A stretch of 36,258 nt of DNA, taken from positions 35,086,057 through 35,122,314 of the forward strand of contig NC_069004.1 of the NCBI RefSeq assembly GCF_001194135.2, read 5' to 3'. Below, piece by piece: positions 1 to 13,369 of this stretch (positions within the stretch are counted from its first letter, which is position 1; the number at the start of each line of letters is the position of its first letter). The translations under genes and the position numbers were made by a program. The notes under the pieces are model-generated. The model was not told the DNA's origin. It ran no database searches and saw nothing but the letters and a program-made list of their open reading frames with translations. Source of the DNA: Octopus bimaculoides. Taxonomy: Eukaryota.

Positions 1-104
1 TCGTGTTTGTCAAATCGGCCCACCGCAGTTGTTCCAGGTCTTATTTGGTACTTTACCAAACTTAAAATTCCACTTCTCAAATAGAAACAAATGCAAACAC
101 ACAC

Positions 105-148
<44 letters not shown>

Positions 149-565
149 TGCATAAAAAAACACGGGTTTTCTAAAGACGGCACCACCATCCTTTCGCAAC
201 ATACGTCTCAACTACGAGGCGCAATTAAACGGATTGCATCTTGGATGCACCTGTCTCATGCACAGACCTCTTAGCCAGATTTAGCATTTATGCATATCAC
301 GTGACCTTACTATATTGCCGGTTGCACAGTGTGTGTATATGTGTGTGGATCTATAATTTTCTGTATGTGCATCTACGCTTCGAGTTTGTGTGTGTGTTTG
401 TGTACAAACACACACACATACACATATATTGTTCTTAAACAAGAATATAATTGACTCTGACTTGGAAGATTTGTCGAACTGCAATGCATTGAGACTTCGA
501 AGTCACTGTCAATGTTGTTCTTTTTTAAGAATAATAAAATATAGAGAAACCCATCAGATTAAATC

Positions 566-608
<43 letters not shown>

Positions 609-629
609 CTGAACATAAAAACAAACATA

Positions 630-662
<33 letters not shown>

Positions 663-1391
663 TAAATATATATACAAACATATATATATGCCCACACACA
701 TACATACACACATACACGGACATATACACACACACACATATATATATACATGCACACATATATATAATATATATACACATATATGCATGCAATTTGTATT
801 AGTTCTGTGAATTACAGCAAGTGCGAAGACTGATTCTGCCTGACACACACGCACACACACGCACACACGCACACACACGCGCACACACACACACACACAC
901 TCAGGTATGGATAATTAATGTTGAAGTAGCTGTGTGTCTGTGTGTCTGCACTCACGCATCTCGCTTCATGTCTGTCGGCAGAAATAAAGCAGGTTTGTGT
1001 GCGCGCACGTGTATGTATGTGTGTGCGTGTGTGTGTGTATGTGAAAGTAAGAGTGGGTTTATAGAAATGTGTGTATGTGTGTACGCGCGTGTGTGTATGC
1101 ATGTATGTATTTCATTGTATGTGCGTAAGTACACAGGTGAAATGAGTATATTTCGTGTCAATCAGCATTATAGCTTTGATGTATGGCACCTTCCTAATTA
1201 CACCTGCACACACGTGTATACATTAATGTGAGAGCGTGCGCATATATACACACATACATATAAACTTTATACATACATAGCTATCTCGTGTGCATGTACA
1301 TACACCCATATCCATGAACATACAATATCACCGTGTGTGTATATATGTATGCATATATGTACATCATACATATATATACATACATATATTT

Positions 1392-1429
<38 letters not shown>

Positions 1430-1575
1430 GCGTACGTATATATATATACATATGCCAACTTATATTTATATATAAATGCACAGAAGCACTCGTGTGTGTA
1501 TATGTGTATATAGACACAAAAATATACGGCGATGTGTATATGCCAAAATATATAAACAAAAGTTACCATTATATA

Positions 1576-1606
<31 letters not shown>

Positions 1607-3756
1607 TGTATAGTTGTCTTTCACGCCTGTTTCTGTAAACATACGTTTTGCCCCAGAAATATACTCAGAAAATAATTCGTTTCGTTTATCCACGAAATAT
1701 TCTCTCATGCAAGCCTTGTGGCAAAACCAACCTGTACTCAGACCGTTATTGTTATCATTATTATTATTATCATTATTATTATTCATTATCAACATCATCA
1801 TCGCTGTTATTATATAATACAAGACGATGTTCCGACAGTGCTTTGCTGTTGTCATTTACCAAAAGCTGCACCAACACATATTGTAATCTCAATAAAAACA
1901 CTGCTGTCTTCAGTAAAGACAGCACAAGCACAACTGTTTGTGTTGGAGACCGGTGAAGTCTGATAGAAAGAAGAGCTGCACCTCTCCTTGTTTGTTCTCT
2001 TCACTCACATTTAGGGTATTTCTTTTTTTTTTTAATTAGTAATTAAGAGGTGCGTGTTTCGATTTTCTGTCTCGTATTCGTTGATGTATTCAGATTTAGC
2101 TTTTTAATGTTTTTTTTTTCCTTTTTATTTATTTATTTTCAGTTTTATTAGCACTACTGAAAATTTTGATTATAATTATCTATTAAATCTACAATAATTG
2201 TGTGTATACGAAAGTAGTTCATGGATTTTTAAAAACGATGCCGGTTAAAACATACCTAACAANNNNNNNNNNNNNNNNNNNNNNNNNNNNNNNNNNNNNN
2301 NNNNNNNNNNNNNNNNNNNNNNNNNNNNNNNNNNNNNNNNNNNNNNNNNNNNNNNNNNNNNNNNNNNNNNNNNNNNNNNNNNNNNNNNNNNNNNNNNNNN
2401 NNNNNNNNNNNNNNNNNNNNNTATATATATAATTACACACACATACATAGATGTATATATATTTATCTATAGATATATGTATATATATATACACACACAC
2501 ACACGCAAATATATACACTTATTTGTTCACTACAAAATATTATGTACAGTCTTGTACATAATATATACATGTATATGTTAATAGATTTAATTGTTTTCTA
2601 ATGAAAACTATTAGACACTAAACTGAAGATGAACTCAATACGTTTTGTAAAATACATATTTATTATTCAAAAGGAGTGATAGTGACTTCGCAGTTCCGGC
2701 CTGCTACCCCCACCCATCGGACTTTACATATACATATGTGTGCACAAACACAACATCTGTTTAGATAGATAGATGGGGATAGATAGAGATAGATATATGG
2801 ATATATAGAGATCGATATTTATATTTTTCCCCCATTTATTTCGATATTTTTATTTTCTAACTCGAGTCGCAACGGGCAGAACTGTATATACACACACACA
2901 CATATGCGAATGTGTATATACATTCACAAAGTTGTATCCAAATATACATACATACACTATTATATATATATATATATTAATATTTCCAAAGTCCCATTAC
3001 GCAACTAATTCGTCCATTGTCGTTCTTTCACCAGACACACTCGGACACACACACACACACATACACACACGTAGATGTAAGACCATGCATACACACATAA
3101 GGACACACTGTACAGCAATATGCACTCACACATTTACACGATGAAACGTTTACACACAAAAGTGTTATGGTCAACCGACAGCCTAGAAATAGCAGCCAAA
3201 TCTCATTAAAGTTGCATTCCTATCACTTAAAAGGAAGGGTATTGTTTCATTAATTACTCAACTTCAAGAAACAAACAGCTTAGATGGTCGCGGTTGGAAT
3301 GCTTGTTTTTGAAGTAAATAACGTGTGTGTGTGTGTCAACACATACACAAATACGTGGACACCGACATATTTGTCATACGCACACACACTGAAGAAGCAA
3401 GCTCCGTCGCTGGCGACGATGACTTAGTTCGACCAAATGAACTACGTACGCGTGGAATGAAGCTTCAACTGCTTGAGTATTCTGCAGTTCCATATATATA
3501 TATATATATCCATATCGCAATCCTTAGGCAGAATCTTTGGGAATTACGGGTAAACTCTCCGATGTACCCGTTTACCAAATTCCACTAACTGGGTTCGAAT
3601 CTACGCAAAGATATTGCAAAAAAAAAAAAATTATCTAAAATGCCGCGAGGTGCAATCGAACCCGCGACCTCATACGTGCGATGCAATNNNNNNNNNNCCA
3701 CTAACTGGGTTCGAATCTACGCAAAGATATTGCAAAAAAAAAAAAATTATCTAAAA

Positions 3757-3828
3757 TGCCGCGAGGTGCAATCGAACCCGCGACCTCATACGTGCGATGC
3801 AATATACTTAACGATTCAGCCATGCCGG
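3757..3828 (-). mobile_element. Decayed tRNA-derived sequence (SINE head or tRNA pseudogene)
   Basis: 72 nt with A-box-like TGGCTGAATCG and B-box-like GGTTCGATTGC. The acceptor and T stems pair poorly, so it is not an intact tRNA. Confidence 0.4.
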
Positions 3829-3900
3829 TATGGTGAAGTTCATTAATAGTTACACATATAGAAGATAAAAGAGTGTGTGTGTGTGTGTGTGTGTATTCAA

Positions 3901-4228
3901 AGGTAGCTGTGTAGTAAATTTATTTCCCAAACACATGATTCCGAGATCGGTGCCACGCAGTGGCACCTTGCGCGAGAGTTTCTATAGCTTAGGCCGAATA
4001 AAGCCTTGTGATTGGAACTGGTAGACGGAGACTGAAAGAAGCCCGTCGTGTATATGTGTGTGTGTCCGTCTCACCACCGCACATCCCCGTAACTTAGTTG
4101 TTCTGCAAAAGAGGCCGATAGAATAAGTACCGAGTTTACAAAGAATAAGTCGTGGGGTCGATTTGTTCGACTAAAAGGCTGTGCACCAGCATGGCCGCAG
4201 TCAAATGACTGAAATAAATAAAAGAATA
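3901..4228 (+). mobile_element. SINE family A, near full length (tRNA-like head, microsatellite linker, tail)
   Basis: Head ending ggtagacggaRactgaaagaagcccgtcg and tail ending catggccgcagtcaaatgactgaaa recur at 16892, 21384, 24168, 24566, 26804 and 35429. Confidence 0.85.
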
Positions 4229-4270
4229 TATATCCATTTATACACGGTATTCTTCCGTCCTTACAAACCG

Positions 4271-4472
4271 TGAGCGCGGCGAACAAAATGCGTCGCTGAT
4301 ATTTCTTCCGACTCTATAGTTTCTGGGTTCAAATTCCACCGACGTCGACTAAGCCTTTGATCCTTTCGGAATCGATCAAATATAGCACCAATTAAATACT
4401 GGGATCAATGTAACAGGCTCACCCCACCCCTCAAATCAAAATTGCAGGCTTTGTGAGAAAATTTGAAAGAAT
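4271..4472 (+). mobile_element. SINE family C copy (diverged)
   Basis: gggttcaaattccaccgacgtcgac...cctttgatcctttcgg matches the C copies at 11989 and 34285. Confidence 0.7.
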
Positions 4473-4505
4473 ATGTAATTTGATATTGAGGACTATACCA
4501 TTATA

Positions 4506-4632
4506 CAGGGTGTCCACAAGGTTTGGGTACATGGAGTAAATAAAATCATAACATAAATAATTGAATATAAGAAAAAATAATTTCTTAAAGTATGTATTAA
4601 TCCCCAGGTAGCCAGACTTTGTGGACACCCTG
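4506..4632. mobile_element. 127-bp Tc1/mariner-type MITE
   Basis: Terminal inverted repeats CAGGGTGTCCACAA / TTGTGGACACCCTG, extending imperfectly to about 31 bp. TA flanks at 4504-4505 and 4633-4634. Confidence 0.85.
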
Positions 4633-4657
4633 TATATATTGAGGGATATGGTGGGGT

Positions 4658-5134
4658 GATTCTGGGTTCGATACCACAGCGTGGCCCCTTGCGAAAATGT
4701 TTTCCACTGTAGCCTCGGGTCGGTCTTGTGAGTGGATTTGGTTAAAGATGCCCGTCGTATATACAGGGCGATTCAAATGACGCCATACATAGGAACAATT
4801 TATCTTTTTATAAGAAACAGTTTATAAGAACAGTTTATTTTTTTATTTAACAGGCTCTCTATGGTTACCAATGTTTTGAATACACATTGCAACACATTTA
4901 CTCCACTCATTGAGAACTTGTAATAACACATCTGGTGATACGTGCATAAATGAGTTGGCGATGCGTTCCTTCAAATGATTTAGGTCTTTTATCTTTTCAC
5001 GATACACCATACCTTTCAAATGCCCCTAAAGATAGAAATCAAGAAGGGTCAAATCAGGGGATCTAGGGGATCTTATAAACCGTTTCTTATAAAAAAAATA
5101 AATTTTTCCTATGTAAGTAGACTCTTGAATCACC

Positions 5135-5209
<75 letters not shown>

Positions 5210-5417
5210 CACGTGTATGTGTGTACCACTGGTTGACGACCGATGCTGGTGTGTTTACGCCTTCGTAGCCTAGCGGTTCGGCAAAAGTAAACCGATAGAA
5301 TAAACACCATGCTTCTAAAAAAAAATGAGTTACTTGTTTCGATTCATTCGACTGAAATTTTTCAAAACGATGCCCCAGTATGGCCGCGATCTGATGGTTG
5401 AACTCAGTAAAAGAATA
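4658..5417 (+). mobile_element. SINE family A interrupted by a DNA transposon in its TA-microsatellite linker
   Basis: Head 4658-4763 ending gcccgtcgtata; (TA)n 5140-5203; tail 5225-5417 (ttgacgaccgatgctggtgtgtttacg...). Confidence 0.75.
4764..5137 (-). mobile_element. Internally deleted Tc1/mariner (maT/DD37D-like) element carrying a transposase C-terminal remnant
   Basis: TIRs CAGGGCGATTCAA / TTGAATCACCCTG, with TA on the left. Minus strand 5067-4843 reads [38 protein letters not shown]...CIQNIGNH, matching the (W)PPRSPDLxPxDFxLWGxLK..VY motif; the W codon has become TAG. Confidence 0.85.
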
Positions 5418-5951
5418 CATCGCTTCGGCCATTGAACTGCGGCCATGCGGAGGCAATTTGTTTTGTGTGGAGGAAGATATTTTTATTACTAGATCGGCAT
5501 ATCGGCATCTATTTTTATATCGAAGGATATATTTAAAAATCAATCAATCACTGCCTACCTCGCTATTTATCAATCATTACCTGTCGATCTGGCCATCTAC
5601 CTGTCTGGCCATTCGCCCAATAATCTGGTTAAATCGCCATCTCTCACCGTTTTTCTGTCTATAACGCGCACACGCACACAAACACACAAACACACACATA
5701 AACACACAAACACACACACAAACATGCACACACACAAACGCACAAACATATGCACACATATACAAAAACACACACACGCTAGAATGACCGAGTGATTAAT
5801 AAGTGATTTCTACGAGCTTGTGTGCGTATAAACACACACACAGAGGAGTGTATGCGCGTATATATATATATATATATTATGTATATATAATCGCATAAGA
5901 AGATTTGGTGACGTACACATAATATCTGTATGTGACAATATCGCTCCCGCA

Positions 5952-5989
<38 letters not shown>

Positions 5990-5999
5990 NNNNNNNNNN

Positions 6000-6046
<47 letters not shown>

Positions 6047-6220
6047 TACACGTCTGTGTGTGTGTGTGTGTGTATGCGTGAACGAGTTCATAACTTGACA
6101 ATTCTCTTCACTAATGCTCACTATAAAAGCAATTGTAGCGAATCGATAAATCAATCAATCAGCATATCAATGAATATATGTTTCGATCAAACAATAGTTT
6201 GACTCGAATCAAAAGAGCGA

Positions 6221-6265
<45 letters not shown>

Positions 6266-6275
6266 NNNNNNNNNN

Positions 6276-6313
<38 letters not shown>

Positions 6314-6498
6314 AGAGAGAATGTTCGAATGCATCCGACGATAGTTAATTCTGATATTATGCCCTAGAACGCATGTTATACTGTCGAATAATATGCACCC
6401 GCAGCGGTGTATTCACAGCTCTGGTCATTGCCCCTACCCCCAATATATTACCGATGTTTAATAGGACAGTGACCCCCCTCCTTCACACACACACATTT

Positions 6499-6538
<40 letters not shown>

Positions 6539-6633
6539 GCCTACACTTAGATATGCAATACATATGTGTGTGTGTGCAAATATTTATGATATATATAAGT
6601 ACATATTGTAATATAGATGTAATCACATCATGG

Positions 6634-6665
<32 letters not shown>

Positions 6666-7346
6666 GGGCATGTTATATAAATCAATGAATTTAATATATC
6701 TTAAAGTGTGAAACTGTTAGCTCTTTTCTAATAGTGTCTATTAAATGTGATTTTATATATATATGTGTGTGAGTGTGTACACATTACACATATTTGTCTG
6801 AAATATATACAGACGTTTCTGAGACGTACGTTACTGAATTTGTTTCGGTCGTTCAAGGAAATCTAATAGAGTTCCATACAGAAACCCTACCCTAATTTCT
6901 TCGCTGATCTTTCACCACATACGCCATAATTCTTGGGACCCTACACATTCCTTGACAGACCTTACAAAAAAAAAACAAAAAAAAACTCAACTGATTAGAT
7001 AGCTTTCAATAAATGAACCCACGTGTATTACTGCTAGGTGCCATTGCTGTTTATACAACTAGAAACAATCTAGAAAAACTAAATAATTCTCCCTCAAATT
7101 ATGTTTCATAAACTATGAGCTCTATAGATTATAAAGTGCTGGATGTGTTTGGGACAGTTGGGGGTGGTCACAAATGGATCTCATTTAATCATTGAGGATT
7201 AACATGGTTTAACAACAATATAACGGATAGATATATATATAGTGTATATACAAATATTATATATATATATATAATATATACAACAAATACACATACAAAT
7301 ATATACATCCATGATATGTATTATATATACAGATATATATGTGTAT

Positions 7347-7398
<52 letters not shown>

Positions 7399-7453
7399 GT
7401 ACATACACAGAATGGCCACAGTTTAATGAGTGAAACAAGATTATATATATATG

Positions 7454-7493
<40 letters not shown>

Positions 7494-8140
7494 TAATTTG
7501 CATGTATACACATATTCATTATATTTTTACATATAAATATTTAGATTTTAAAAATTCTGGTATGCACACGCATAGATATTCATCACCGATATTGTGTGTG
7601 TGTGTGTGTGTGTGTACGATTATTAAATGAATACATATACATACAGTATTTTAATTTGCATAAATACATTGTTATTTAGTATGTATATAATTATACATAT
7701 ATTTTATAGAATATATGTGTGTGTGTGTACGAGGCTTGACTTAAGTCACACACACACAGTTACTTAATAGTTGTACATTTTGTATATGATTAAACCGTTA
7801 TTTAGTATGTATAAGCACACGTACACACACAAGATCCAGTGTATGCGGGAACACATCAGTTGCTAGAAACAGCAGCTAAAGTTTCTAACTTTTGTATTTT
7901 CAAATAGGGAGGAACTCGTAATTCTAGTCACACTATGAGTTATGAATCTACGGGATAGTCATAATTGGAAAGCTATTTGATAAAGTCTACTGGATCCGAA
8001 GGTGAAACATCAACAATTGGTCGTAACTTTCGTTGGAATAAACCTTCATTTATTTCTTTCGCCAATTTTCGAAAAGGTGGGCGCAGTATTGACTTGTTAT
8101 CCCCACCCGGAATCGAACGTGAGAAAACATGACAACAATA

Positions 8141-8331
8141 TAGTAAACCCTCGACTATCGCAGGTGTTATGTTCCAAAAGCCCCCGCGATAGGTGAAAAT
8201 CCGTGAAGTACAAACAGTACTGCATTTTTTTTTATTATTATTATAATTTGTATATATTTATTTTGTCATAAATGCAAAACAACACAACGGAGGAATCGCC
8301 AGGTGAACAGTGATATGGCGAAGGATTACTG
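8141..8331. mobile_element. Tigger/pogo-like MITE, 191 bp
   Basis: Imperfect TIRs (T)AGTAAACCCTCGACTATC and GATATGGCGAAGGATTACTG, with TA flanks at 8139-8140 and 8332-8333. Confidence 0.65.
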
Positions 8332-8464
8332 TATATGAGATTGTCTTTGAATTTAAATTGCCGTTTGATCGATTCGATCCAGTTACTGCGACGTTCGTAG
8401 TCTGAATTCTATCAGACTAATACTACTACCACCACCACCACTAACAACAACATTTAGAATGAAG

Positions 8465-8625
8465 ACCTAGTGGTTACAGTGTTGCACTGATAAGGTCGCA
8501 GTTTCGNNNNNNNNNNAGCCTGTATGTGATTAGTCAGCCTACTAGAAATAGCAGCCCTATCACCCCAAATTGCACTCCGTACTACGTTTTAAAGAAGGGG
8601 AAAATATTTGCAGGGCAATGATTGG
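8465..8625 (+). mobile_element. SINE family D fragments (tRNA head, gap, tail with ctagaaatagcagcc motif)
   Basis: The motif tagaaatagcagc recurs near 3184, 23835(-), 26355 and 35840(-). Head tagtggttacagtgttgcact is tRNA-like. Confidence 0.55.
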
Positions 8626-9005
8626 ACCAGTGTGCCACTAAGGACCGATGATGTCTTATATCGCAAGATTTGGAGGAGCTAAAAGTCTGGGAGGCATACC
8701 TCTACAACGGAGTTGAGTGGAACCACATGAGATGAAGGTTCTCACATGAAACAAAGCATCGTCTAGCTTTGGTATTGAACTCACGAACTCGTAATCGGTC
8801 AAACGATTCTTTCAATCCGTAGCCTTTACTGATTTTTAACATAAGGAGAAGACCAAAAGTTTCGGAAACGGTCGGTCACCGGGATCCCGATATAGAATCG
8901 GTATTTTATCGATCCTGGAAGGATGAAAGGTAATATTGACCCCAGAGAGGGTTTAAAATCAGAATGTCAAGACATGAATGTAAATACCACCTAATAATAA
9001 TAATA

Positions 9006-9036
<31 letters not shown>

Positions 9037-9066
9037 TANNNNNNNNNNAATAATAATAATAATAAT

Positions 9067-9277
9067 CCTTTCTACTATAGGCACAAGGCCTGGAATTAGT
9101 GGGGAGGGTGATAGTCGATTACATCAACCCCAGTGTTTAACTGGTACTTATTTTATCGACCTCGAAAGAGTGAAAGGCAAAGTCGACCTCGGCGGAATTT
9201 GAACTCAGAACGTAAAGACGGACGAAATACCACTAAGCATTTCGCCAGGCGTGCTAACGACTCTGCCAGCTCACTGC
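9067..9277 (-). mobile_element. SINE family C, full length, with (ATT)n tail
   Basis: Reverse complement gives gagctggcagagtcgttagcacgcctggcgaaatgcttagtggtatttcgtc...gagttcaaattccgccgaggtcgac (A and B boxes). (AAT)n run at 8993-9066. Confidence 0.9.
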
Positions 9278-9297
9278 AATAATAATAATCACGAGGT

Positions 9298-9695
9298 TTT
9301 CTAAAATTTAGGTAGAGGGCCTGGACCTTGTGGAGAAAAGAGTAGTCAATTAGATCGCCCGCCACTGCCACCACCACTGCATAACTAGTACTTTATTTAA
9401 TCGGCCTCGAGGTGGTGTAAGGTGAAGTGGACCTCGGCGGGATTTGAACACGGAACGCAGAAAACCGAAAGAAATTATCAATGGCGTTTTCTTCGACTCT
9501 CTAACAAGTCTGCCGGTTGACAGAATGGTTTCTGATTTTTGGCACAAGGCCAGCAGTTCTTGAAAGAAAATGGGTATATCAATTACATCGAACCCAGGAC
9601 ATGACTGGTACCTGATTTATTTGACTCTAAATGAAAGAGGGATGAAAAAGAACGTTGACAATGGCAGGATTCGAACCCAGTATTTAAGCAGTCGA
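9298..9695 (-). mobile_element. Two further diverged family C SINE copies in tandem
   Basis: gacctcggcgggatttgaac near 9431 and ggcacaaggcc...attacatcgaacccag near 9541 align to the 9067-9277 copy. Confidence 0.6.
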
Positions 9696-9880
9696 AGGCT
9701 GCAAGCTGGCAGAATCGTTAGCACACCGGGCAAAATGCTTATCGATATTTCGTCCGGTTTTACGTTCTAAGTTCAAATTTCGCCAAGGTGGAATTTGTCT
9801 TTCACACTTTCGGGAGCGACAAAATAAGTACCAGTGAAGTACGGGGGGGGGNNNNNNNNNNCTGGCCCTGTGCCACAACT
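9696..9880 (+). mobile_element. SINE family C copy (10-N gap inside)
   Basis: agctggcagaatcgttagcacaccgggcaaaatgctta...aagttcaaatttcgccaagg. Confidence 0.8.
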
Positions 9881-10875
9881 TGTCTGCCCCTCTAACAATT
9901 TTGAATAATCGGCTTTCATTGCAGCAGGGGGAGATTTTAGGAACAGGTTACATGAAGTGTCGATGGGGTGGAAATACATAGCGTAGGAAATGAAAAACAA
10001 GCACATATATATATACATATATATATATATATACTACACATATATATACTAAATACATATATTTCAAAAGGTTTAAGAAGAGAGTCGCCGTCCAAGGCCC
10101 ATCAAGGGAACCACCACAGCCTCAACATTGGTCACCCCCTCACGTATCTGTGCCCGCTTCCAGATGTCATTCTATCGGTCTACATAGTTATATACGGGTG
10201 TAGGTATTTCCAAACACTTTCGCGTCAAAAGCACAATATGAGCAGAATAGAAAGTACAGAACCTGCATTTGGATCTTCGTCCAGTATATTTTGACCCGAG
10301 TAGGCGAAAGGTGCTTTATTTATATAAACACCAGAACGGGAGTGTTGACCTCGGCAATATTTGAACTCACAACGGAATGGGCTGTAAAGATTTTAAAGAA
10401 ATATTAATATCTAAAATGAGCACGGGTCTTTAAAGTGTGATAGGTAAGGAATTATTCAATTACATCGTCACTGACAAAAATAAAAGATAATTTTGATTTC
10501 AGCGGGATTTGAACTCATAAAGGACCGTAGCTAGAAATCGTGCAAAGGTAGTTTGTCTAACACGTTTAACGAATCCGTTAATGGTCTCGCCCAAATATGT
10601 TCTGTTATAATACTTGTTGGATGCTAATGATCCAGGAAAATCCAAACCCCACCACCACCATCACCAAGAACAATATCAACACTACCAGCCACCAAAGTGA
10701 CTATTATCACGAAAAGATGAAAGTCAAACAGCGCCCCCAGCCAGGATTGAACTTTTAACCGTTGATGGACAAAACTAATGAACTACGTTCTAAAATTTTC
10801 TGATGGCATTTAGTGCTAAGTTCTCTTTCCCAAGTTTTCAATACATCAGCATCACACACTATATATATATATCTA

Positions 10876-10908
<33 letters not shown>

Positions 10909-11434
10909 NNNNNNNNNNNNNNNNNNNNNNNNNNNNNNNNNNNNNNNNNNNNNNNNNNNNNNNNNNNNNNNNNNNNNNNNNNNNNNNNNNNNNNNNNNNN
11001 NNNNNNNNNNNNNNNNNNNNNNNNNNNNNNNNNNNNNNNNNNNNNNNNNNNNNNNNNNNNNNNNNNNNNNNNNNNNNNNNNNNNNNNNNNNNNNNNNNNN
11101 NNNNNNNNNNNNNNNNNNNNNNNNNNNNNNNNNNNNNNNNNNNNNNNNNNNNNNNNNNNNNNNNNNNNNNNNNNNNNNNNNNNNNNNNNNNNNNNNNNNN
11201 NNNNNNNNNNNNNNNNNNNNNNNNNNNNNNNNNNNNNNNNNNNNNNNNNNNNNNNNNNNNNNNNNNNNNNNNNNNNNNNNNNNNNNNNNNNNNNNNNNNN
11301 NNNNNNNNNNNNAGTTGTAATGAATTGAAAAATAAACTTAATTATATACCACAATATAAAATACATTATATATATATATATACACACATATATACACACA
11401 CAAGTGTATGTGTGTATTGTATCTTCCAATAATT

Positions 11435-12764
11435 AAGCTGGTAGACTCGTTTGATCGTCGGACAATGTGCTTTAGCGGGATTTCGTTCGACTCTAACACA
11501 ACCAAATTCACCTTTCAAAGTCGATCACATAAAGTACCAGTGAAGTACTGGGGGCCTATGGCATCGATGAAACCCCCCTCCCCCTAAAATCTGCTTAAAC
11601 AAGAAACCATTTCCTGGCAGTGAGCTGGCGGAATCGGTTGATCGTCGCAAGTATATTTACTTGGCCGCATTCGTTCTGAGTTCAAATTCTGCTGAGGTCG
11701 ACTTCGTCTTTTATCCTTTCAGATCGATAAAGTACCAAACAAATGCTGGGGCCGGTGTACTCAACTAATCCCCTCCTTTAAAATTGCTAACCTTATGCCC
11801 AAATTTGAAACTATTTAAAAATGGCAGAATAGTTAGCGCGTCGAACAAACTGTCCGGCGGCTATTTTTTCTGATTCATTACGTTCCGAGTTCAAAACACT
11901 GGGGCCGATGTAACCAACCAATTCACTTCACTCAAAGTTGCTGGCCTTGTGCTAAAATCTGAAATTATTATTATTATTACTATTATTAAAGGCTGTGAGC
12001 TGGCAGAATCGTTAGCACGCCGGGCAAAATGCTTAGCGGTATTTCTTTCTCCTGTCTTTATGTTCTGGGTTCAAATTCCGCCGAGGTCGACTTTCCCTTT
12101 CATCCTTTCGGGGTCGATAAATTAAGTACTCGTTGCGTACNNNNNNNNNNNNNNNNNNNNNNNNNNNNNNNNNNNNNNNNNNNNNNNNNNNNNNNNNNNN
12201 NNNNNNNNNNNNNNNNNNNNNNNNNNNNNNNNNNNNNNNNNNNNNNNNNNNNNNNNNNNNNNNNNNNNNNNNNNNNNNNNNNNNNNNNNNNNNNNNNNNN
12301 NNNNNNNNNNNNNNNNNNNNNNNNNNNNNNNNNNNNNNNNNNNNNNNNNNNNNNNNNNNNNNNNNNNNNNNNNNNNNNNNNNNNNNNNNNNNNNNNNNNN
12401 NNNNNNNNNNNNNNNNNNNNNNNNNNNNNNNNNNNNNNNNNNNNNNNNNGGGGTCGATCCAATCGACTGGCCCCATCCTCCCCAAAATCTTCGGGCCTTG
12501 CGCCTAGAGAAGAAAAGATTATTATTATTATTATTATTATTATTGAAGGCGGCGAGGTGGCAGAACCGTTAACACGCTGGACGAAATGCTTAGCAGTACT
12601 TCGCCGGTCGCTACGTTCTGAGTTCAAATTCCACCCTCGCCTTTCATTCTTACGGGGTCGAAAAATTAAGTACCAGTGAAATGCTGGGGTCGGTGTAATC
12701 GACTAGCGAGCTCCACATAAAATTTCAGGCTTTGTTCCTCCAGCAGAAAGGATTGTTATTATTT
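11435..12764 (+). mobile_element. Head-to-tail array of five family C SINEs (starts about 11435, 11616, 11821, 11989, 12546)
   Basis: Repeated gctggcagaa heads, gagttcaaat B boxes and aagtacca..ctgggg cores. (ATT)n tails at 11964-11987 and 12519-12544 directly precede the next head. Confidence 0.8.
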
Positions 12765-13335
12765 ATGCTTCTCAAACACAAAGTAAATACCCGCAGGGAA
12801 TCACTGGTATCGACTATACTAATCGGTTCAAACTTACTCTACATAAACCGGATGGTTGGAGTTGAAATTTACTAAGTACACACATATATACATATATATA
12901 TATATATACATACATACATACACACATATATACACACACACACACACAAGGTATAGAAACAACCTAATACCGGTTTTGCTTGATCTGATCTCGTCAACCG
13001 TTTGATAGGACAGTTTGAAAACAATGAAAGCCGCTTAATGTGATCACTTTAGAACGAAACCTCGACAACTTTTACCGGCTTCTAATAATAGTAATAATGA
13101 TAATAACCGGTTGATCATTATTTAAATAGTCTGGGAGTCACTGACTTTAAGGACAGTAACTGATAATATTAGTGATTATATTAAGCGGCTCCCACTATAT
13201 ACATGTGGCTTTTTACACTTGTCTGCGAGGCTGCATTATGGAATATTTTAATCATACATCTGTGTATGTATGTATGTATGTATGTGCATACATATATATA
13301 TATATATATATACACACACGTGTGTATATCCATAC

Positions 13336-13369
<34 letters not shown>

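Noticed and set aside
3582-3803. Perfect 106-bp direct repeat (3582-3687 and 3698-3803)
   Set aside because: Identical copies directly flank a 10-N gap, which indicates unmerged overlapping contig ends (assembly artefact).
12141-12449. Apparent 309-bp insertion within a SINE C copy
   Set aside because: It is all N, and the SINE sequence resumes almost without loss across the gap, so the gap size is probably overestimated.
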